Both the position numbers and the translations under genes were made by a program. A model generated the notes under the pieces. It was not told the origin of the DNA and made no database searches. It saw nothing but the letters and a program-made list of their open reading frames with translations. 64,000 nt of DNA from an uncultured Bacilli bacterium (lineage in GTDB: Bacteria; Bacillota_I; Bacilli_A; RF39; UBA660). Position 1 is the first letter of the stretch. Each line of letters opens with the position of its first letter. Below, one piece after another: positions 58,729 to 64,000 of this stretch. The stretch covers positions 18,766 to 82,765 of the forward strand of contig CALVIZ010000001.1 in assembly GCA_944331865.1 (NCBI GenBank), in the 5' to 3' direction.

Positions 58729-59428
58729 AATTCACCTGCTTACAACATTTTTTATTATCTATTAAATCAACAACATCATTAATATTTCCTTTTTTAACAA
58801 CTATTCCATCATTTAATAAAATAATTTCATCCGCTATTTGTAAAATTCTTTCTTGATGAGAAATAACTATTGTAATACCTTGATTATTTTTTTCTAAATC
58901 TTTAAATATATTATTTAAATTTTGAAAGCTCCATAAATCAATCCCCGCTTCGGGTTCATCAAATATAGCAACTTTAGGATTCCTGGCTATAATACTAGCA
59001 ATTTCTATTCTTTTTAATTCTCCTCCCGATAATGAATTATCTACAACTCTATCTATATATTCTAAAGCACATAAACCGACTTTTGATAAAATTAAACATG
59101 CTTCTTTTTTTGATAAGATTTTCTCACTAGCAAAATTTAATAAATCAAAAACAGTAATTCCTTTAAAAGTAATTGGTTGTTGAAAAGCAAAAGATATTCC
59201 AATTTGGGCTCTTTTATTAATATCTTTTTTAGTAATATCTATTCCATTATAAATTATTTTCCCCTTGGTTGGTTTAATAATTCCCATAATTACTTTTGCT
59301 AAAGTTGACTTTCCACTACCATTTGGCCCCGTGATACAATAAAACTTTGTTTCATCAAACTTTAAATTAATATTATCTAAAATTTTTTTATTATCTATAA
59401 TAACTGAAACATTTTGTAATTCTAACAT
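58721..59428 (-). CDS. sufC: SufC-like ABC ATPase
   Basis: 235 aa. 'GPNGSGKSTLAKVIMG', 'LSGGELKRIEIA', 'VAIFDEPEAGID'. Overlaps the SufB/D-like gene. Confidence 0.7.
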   Translation of the reverse strand: MLELQNVSVIIDNKKILDNINLKFDETKFYCITGPNGSGKSTLAKVIMGIIKPTKGKIIYNGIDITKKDINKRAQIGISFAFQQPITFKGITVFDLLNFASEKILSKKEACLILSKVGLCALEYIDRVVDNSLSGGELKRIEIASIIARNPKVAIFDEPEAGIDLWSFQNLNNIFKDLEKNNQGITIVISHQERILQIADEIILLNDGIVVKKGNINDVVDLIDNKKCCKQVNYE

Positions 59429-59504
59429 AATTTTCCCTTCTTTAAATGACTATAACTATTATATCCATTCTTATATTTTTAATCAATAATTAATTAAAAA
59501 AAGA

Positions 59505-60383
59505 TTATATTTCTATAATCTCATAATCTCTAGAACCAATACCTAATTCTGCTGCTCTTTCAACAGTATGTATTCCATGTAAAGATTCAATTCTTTTTAT
59601 TAATTTTTCTTTACCGGGATCATTAGAATTATAAATAGTATCTAAACAAGCTTGATCAATAGCAACAGGATCTAAACTTGCCATTATTCCAATATCTTGC
59701 ATACATGGCAAAGATGCATTACAATCACAATCACAATCAATAGATATATTTTTTAATACATTTATATAAACGATATTACCATTAAAAAGTTTAACCACGC
59801 TAGATGCCGCTTCGGCCATTGCTTCTAAAAACTTATCTTGTTCTGGTAGATTATCAAATAATATTTCTTGCTTATCTGTTACACCTGCTGTATGAATTAA
59901 AGTTTTTCCAGCACTTGATGCACAGCCAATAGAAAGCTGTTTCAATGAACCACCATAACCACCCATCGCATGACCTTTAAAATGTGATAATACTAATAAA
60001 GAATCATAATTAACTAAATTTTTACCAACATAATTTTTCTTTAAAATTTTACCTTCAGGAATATCAAGCTCTAAGTCTGGCCCTTCTTTATCCAATAAAT
60101 CAAATTTAAAATATTTATCCCATCCATGTTCTTTTATTAAATTAAGATGTTTTTCTGTATTATTCCTAGCACCTTCATATGCTGTATTACATTCTACTAC
60201 TGTTCCATTTACATAATTTACTAAATCTCGCACAAATTCTGGTTTTAAATAATTCTTATTACCTTTTTCTCCAGAATGTAATTTAACTGCAACATTACCT
60301 AATAACTCTTTATCTAATTTATTAAATATTTTTATTAAATTCTCACTACTTATATCTTTTATAAAATATACTTTTGCTTTCAT
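59505..60383 (-). CDS. DUF362-domain protein
   Basis: 292 aa. 'VAVKLHSGEKGN', 'LSHFKGHAMGGYGGSLKQLSIG' and 'DCDCDC' resemble the DUF362 family. Confidence 0.55.
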   Translation of the reverse strand: MKAKVYFIKDISSENLIKIFNKLDKELLGNVAVKLHSGEKGNKNYLKPEFVRDLVNYVNGTVVECNTAYEGARNNTEKHLNLIKEHGWDKYFKFDLLDKEGPDLELDIPEGKILKKNYVGKNLVNYDSLLVLSHFKGHAMGGYGGSLKQLSIGCASSAGKTLIHTAGVTDKQEILFDNLPEQDKFLEAMAEAASSVVKLFNGNIVYINVLKNISIDCDCDCNASLPCMQDIGIMASLDPVAIDQACLDTIYNSNDPGKEKLIKRIESLHGIHTVERAAELGIGSRDYEIIEI

Positions 60384-61327
60384 TTTAATCCATCCTTTAC
60401 TTTATTTTTATTTTCCTTAGTATAACCTTTTAATGCATCTTTTGCTTTATTTACTAAATCTTGATAAAGCTTTCCATATTCCGATTCTTTTTCTTCATCA
60501 ATTTTTGAAATAGAACCTATATTATATTTATTATTATTAGTCATAATAAATATATTTCTCTCACAAACTTTTTTATTATTCCTTACTTCATATGGATATA
60601 ACCATTTTATATCATCTATTTTTATTACTAATAACCTAGGTTTATAATTAACAACATAATTATTAGTAACTATAACATGACAATTAGCATAATTATTAAA
60701 ATCTTTTAATTCTTCTTCTGTAATTAAATTTATTTTTTTCTTTCTTTTTATATATTTAACTATCCATAATATTATTATAACTAATTCTAATAAAAATATA
60801 GGAATAAATATATATAACACTTTATGTAAAATATAAGTATTAGTAATAGTAGTATCTAGATAATATATAATATTTTCATCTATATTACTATTTTCTAAAT
60901 TCATTGATATTAAATAATCTAATGCATAATTCTTTATTTCACTTGGAAGCAATTTTGTTCTTCCTGTAATTAATTCACTATTTGCTTTATCTATTTCAGC
61001 ATTATAAGTATATTCATGAATACTACTTAGTTCATCAAAAGTCTCATCATCTAATCTAACTACAAATATATTTTCATTTTCATCAAATACTATATAAAAT
61101 CTTTCTATATCCCCAGAATTATTTAAAGTCGCAAAATAATCTGTTAGTAAATATACATTAACATTTGCTAAAGTATATTCATCATCTACTTTGTCTAAAT
61201 AAACTGCCTTTTGATTATTTATATAAATGTTTATATAAATAAATACAAATAATGTTAATAAAGTTAAAATTATTAACATAGTAAAAAACAACTTTTTAGT
61301 TTTAACTAGTTTTTTAAATTCTTGCAT
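60380..61327 (-). CDS. two-TM membrane protein, unknown function
   Basis: 315 aa. TM helices near residues 15-35 and 165-190. Overlaps the downstream gene start. Confidence 0.4.
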   Translation of the reverse strand: MQEFKKLVKTKKLFFTMLIILTLLTLFVFIYINIYINNQKAVYLDKVDDEYTLANVNVYLLTDYFATLNNSGDIERFYIVFDENENIFVVRLDDETFDELSSIHEYTYNAEIDKANSELITGRTKLLPSEIKNYALDYLISMNLENSNIDENIIYYLDTTITNTYILHKVLYIFIPIFLLELVIIILWIVKYIKRKKKINLITEEELKDFNNYANCHVIVTNNYVVNYKPRLLVIKIDDIKWLYPYEVRNNKKVCERNIFIMTNNNKYNIGSISKIDEEKESEYGKLYQDLVNKAKDALKGYTKENKNKVKDGLK

Positions 61328-61386
61328 TTATTTCACCAATATAATTATACTAAATTTTATTAAAACAAGTAAACTATTTATTAATT

Positions 61387-62151
61387 TTATATAAAATCTT
61401 CAGTAAAATCAAAATCTTCCCTAGATATATTTTCCATTTGATTTAAATAATAATTATATTCATTTTCTAAATCAGTATTAGCAAAATAAATATATTCCCC
61501 ATCAACCATCCAATAATCTTGATTAACTTTTAAAAAGGTAAAAAAGTCATGATATAAATCAATAACATTACTTATAAAATTTAAATCAGTATTTATAGCA
61601 TTTTGATTTTCAAATAGTTCTTCATCTGTACTTAATAAACTATTATAATATTCAACATAAAATTGTGATAAACTTGGATCAAGATAGGAATTAATTACTG
61701 TTTTATCTAACAATTTACTAACATTTTCAAATGCTTCAGTTATTTCAATCTTTTTTTCTTCCAAAATATTTAATGAATCATTAAAATTAGGCATATCTAC
61801 ATAAAAATTATCTAAACTAAGAACCATAATCAAATCTAAATCATTACCTAAATCATCTACTCTTCGACAATAAAATAATAAATCACTAAAATATTCTTTT
61901 ACTGCCTTTTCAACTTTTAAATATTCTCCACTACTTACATAAGTATCTAATAATCTATCTATATTTGCATTATTTATATCATAATCAATTAAATCATTTA
62001 TTTCATTTATACTATCTTCTAATAATATTTCTTGATATGCGTGTTTAAATACAAATATTGTTCCAATAAATATCAATACTACAAATAAACTTGATAAAGT
62101 TAAAATAATTCCTATAGTTAATTTACTAGTTCTCTTTTTCATATTCACCAC
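61387..62151 (-). CDS. N-terminally anchored protein, unknown function
   Basis: 254 aa with a single N-terminal TM helix and an acidic extracytoplasmic domain. Confidence 0.4.
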   Translation of the reverse strand: MVNMKKRTSKLTIGIILTLSSLFVVLIFIGTIFVFKHAYQEILLEDSINEINDLIDYDINNANIDRLLDTYVSSGEYLKVEKAVKEYFSDLLFYCRRVDDLGNDLDLIMVLSLDNFYVDMPNFNDSLNILEEKKIEITEAFENVSKLLDKTVINSYLDPSLSQFYVEYYNSLLSTDEELFENQNAINTDLNFISNVIDLYHDFFTFLKVNQDYWMVDGEYIYFANTDLENEYNYYLNQMENISREDFDFTEDFI

Positions 62152-62191
62152 TATTATAAGTTTATCATATTTTAATAATTTTTAATAGCAC

Positions 62192-63676
62192 TTAATTAGT
62201 TAAATTATTTATATTTGTTATTTTTTCTTCTAACTCTTCTATTTTTAATTCTAACTCATATATTTTTTCATCTTTAAGACTATTTTCATTTTCTAATCTC
62301 TCTATTTCTTCATTATAATAATCTTCTAATGCATTAATTTCTTCCATATTATTATTTATTATATTTAAATTTTCTTCACTAATATAAATATATATTTTAA
62401 TTTTACTTAATTCATTATAATTATATATTTTATTATCAACTAAATTACTTTTTAATAACTCAAAATAATTCATTGCTTTATTCCAAGGTACATAAGTATA
62501 AATACTTAAATAGTTATTAATAATATCTATATTATAACTAACATAATCTTCATAACTTTCAATATTAACTTTTATTTTATCACCTAAACTATTATCTATT
62601 ATTACTTCTTTATCATAATAATCAGAAATAGAAAATTTCAAATTGTTATTCATATCAAAAATATATTCATTATTTACAATACTATTATTTATAGGGACTT
62701 CATCAATATATTTTATTTTAGTTAATTCAAAAGTAGATATACCACAGCCTATTCCAAATAAAGTTAAACTACTAATAAATATAATAAACATTCTACTAAC
62801 ATGTAATCTACTATTTAATAAAAATCTAATTAATAATTCAATTATAATAGCAAGTATTATTGATAATGCTAAGAGAGTTAAAGATATTCCAATAAAATGT
62901 ATACCAATAAATTGAACTATTATGCTAAATACTAACATAATAACTGTAAATATAAAAAATAATAATATTGGTATAAGTATTAATAATAAACATATTTTAA
63001 TAAATATATTAAATAATCTTCCTAAAACACTAAACAATACAAAAGTATGTTTTTCTTCTTTAATTACTTTTTTTTCTGATATTTTTTCTTCATTAGTTAT
63101 ATTATTTTCTATTTTTTCTTCATATTTATTAGTCTCATATTTATCTAAAAATCTAATTTTATAAATATAAATAAATATTGTAATAAATAATATTAAATAA
63201 ATTGTATTAGATAAAAATAACCAAATACTATTTAAAATATTAAATGCTTTTAAAGAAAAATTTACAAATATATTTTCAATAGAATTATTAATATAATTAA
63301 AAGGTATTCTTAATAACAATAATATTAAAAATAAAATAATTAATTCTGTAATACATTTAGCAATTTCTAATTTATTCATTTTTCTAAACATTTCCACACT
63401 TCTATTAATCATTTCTAACATAGAGTTAAATATATTACTAAAATTATTCTTTTTCTTTTCTAAAATATTTCGGTCAGTTATATCATCATTAGTTAAATCA
63501 TCCAACGAAACATTAAATATTTTACAAAGACTTAACAATTTATCCATTTCAGGATATGTAGTACCAGATTCCCATTTAGAAACTGATTGCCTTGAAACAT
63601 CTAATAAATCTGCAAGTTGTTCTTGCGAATACCCCTTTTCTTTTCTTAACTTTTGTAACTTTTCACAAAATTTCAT
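62192..63676 (-). CDS. membrane-tethered XRE-family HTH regulator
   Basis: 'LRKEKGYSQEQLADLLDVSRQSVSKWESGTTYPEMDKLLSLCKIFNVSLDDL', then several TM helices, an extracytoplasmic domain and a C-terminal coiled coil. Start is the ATG at 63676 after GAGGTGG. Confidence 0.75.
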   Translation of the reverse strand: MKFCEKLQKLRKEKGYSQEQLADLLDVSRQSVSKWESGTTYPEMDKLLSLCKIFNVSLDDLTNDDITDRNILEKKKNNFSNIFNSMLEMINRSVEMFRKMNKLEIAKCITELIILFLILLLLRIPFNYINNSIENIFVNFSLKAFNILNSIWLFLSNTIYLILFITIFIYIYKIRFLDKYETNKYEEKIENNITNEEKISEKKVIKEEKHTFVLFSVLGRLFNIFIKICLLLILIPILLFFIFTVIMLVFSIIVQFIGIHFIGISLTLLALSIILAIIIELLIRFLLNSRLHVSRMFIIFISSLTLFGIGCGISTFELTKIKYIDEVPINNSIVNNEYIFDMNNNLKFSISDYYDKEVIIDNSLGDKIKVNIESYEDYVSYNIDIINNYLSIYTYVPWNKAMNYFELLKSNLVDNKIYNYNELSKIKIYIYISEENLNIINNNMEEINALEDYYNEEIERLENENSLKDEKIYELELKIEELEEKITNINNLTN

Positions 63677-63752
63677 TTTTTCCACCTCGCCATAAATATA
63701 TTATAAATAATTATTTTAAACTACCAACTTTAGGTTGTTTTTTGTCAATATT

Positions 63753-63771
63753 AAGTTGCAATTTGCAACTT
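63753..63771. promoter_or_regulatory. perfect palindrome (candidate operator) upstream of the XRE regulator gene
   Basis: AAGTTGCAA-T-TTGCAACTT, 77-95 nt upstream of the ATG at 63676. Confidence 0.45.
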
Positions 63772-63796
63772 GGTTGCCAAATTAGTATATTTTATA

Positions 63797-63916
63797 TTAT
63801 ACAAAAAATTTAAAAATATACAAACTAAATAAAATTAAAACTAAAACAAATATAACATAAATAAATATTTTTATTGTAGTAATAATATTATCTATTATTT
63901 CTTTTAATTTATCCAT
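63797..63916 (-). CDS. possible 39-aa single-TM micro-protein
   Basis: GGTGAAG RBS 5 nt before the ATG. 'MDKLKEIIDNIITTIKIFIYVIFVLVLILFSLYIFKFFV'. Preceded by a copy of the same upstream sequence found ahead of the XRE gene. Confidence 0.25.
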   Translation of the reverse strand: MDKLKEIIDNIITTIKIFIYVIFVLVLILFSLYIFKFFV

Positions 63917-64000
63917 TTTTACTTCACCAAATAAATAATAAAAAAATTAGTAGCTATTTACTACCAATTTTAAGGTTCATTTTGTTAATTTTCAGTTACT

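Overview
This is a 64-kb chromosomal segment from a very AT-rich, low-GC Firmicute, judged by eye from gene content; I could not run any database search. Almost all genes lie on the minus strand. About half of the window is cell-envelope biogenesis. That half includes a ~19-kb ABC-transporter-dependent wall-glycopolymer locus running from a TagO/WecA-type initiator to TagA (1.8-20.9 kb). It also includes a second cluster of GtrB/GtrA/GT2/GT-C-like glycosylation genes plus an LCP ligase and an LtaS paralogue (29.5-38.3 kb), and an OatA-like O-acetyltransferase. Accessory modules are interspersed among these. They are an AAA ATPase + RloB-like (AbiL-like) pair at the left edge, an MqsR-like toxin with an MqsA-Panacea fusion antitoxin, and one truncated and one intact Fic gene. 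There is also a cohesin/dockerin gene pair that appears to tether a putative peptidoglycan hydrolase to the cell surface. The most notable region is about 38.8-48.3 kb, next to a tRNA-Gly(GCC). It looks like a Tn4451-like mobilisable transposon (large serine recombinase, TnpV, candidate oriT hairpin, MobA/VirD2-type relaxase). Its cargo is a FokI-like type IIS restriction enzyme with two separate methyltransferases of different classes, plus a divergently transcribed PrrC/RloC-like AAA_13 ATPase. The right third of the window holds a NUDIX pseudogene, an orphan 449-aa gene, an ABC-permease remnant, redox/housekeeping genes, a minimal SufC/SufBD-like pair and a membrane-tethered XRE regulator operon. 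I saw no rRNA genes, CRISPR arrays or IS transposases. All family assignments come from motif recognition by eye and need HMM or BLAST confirmation.
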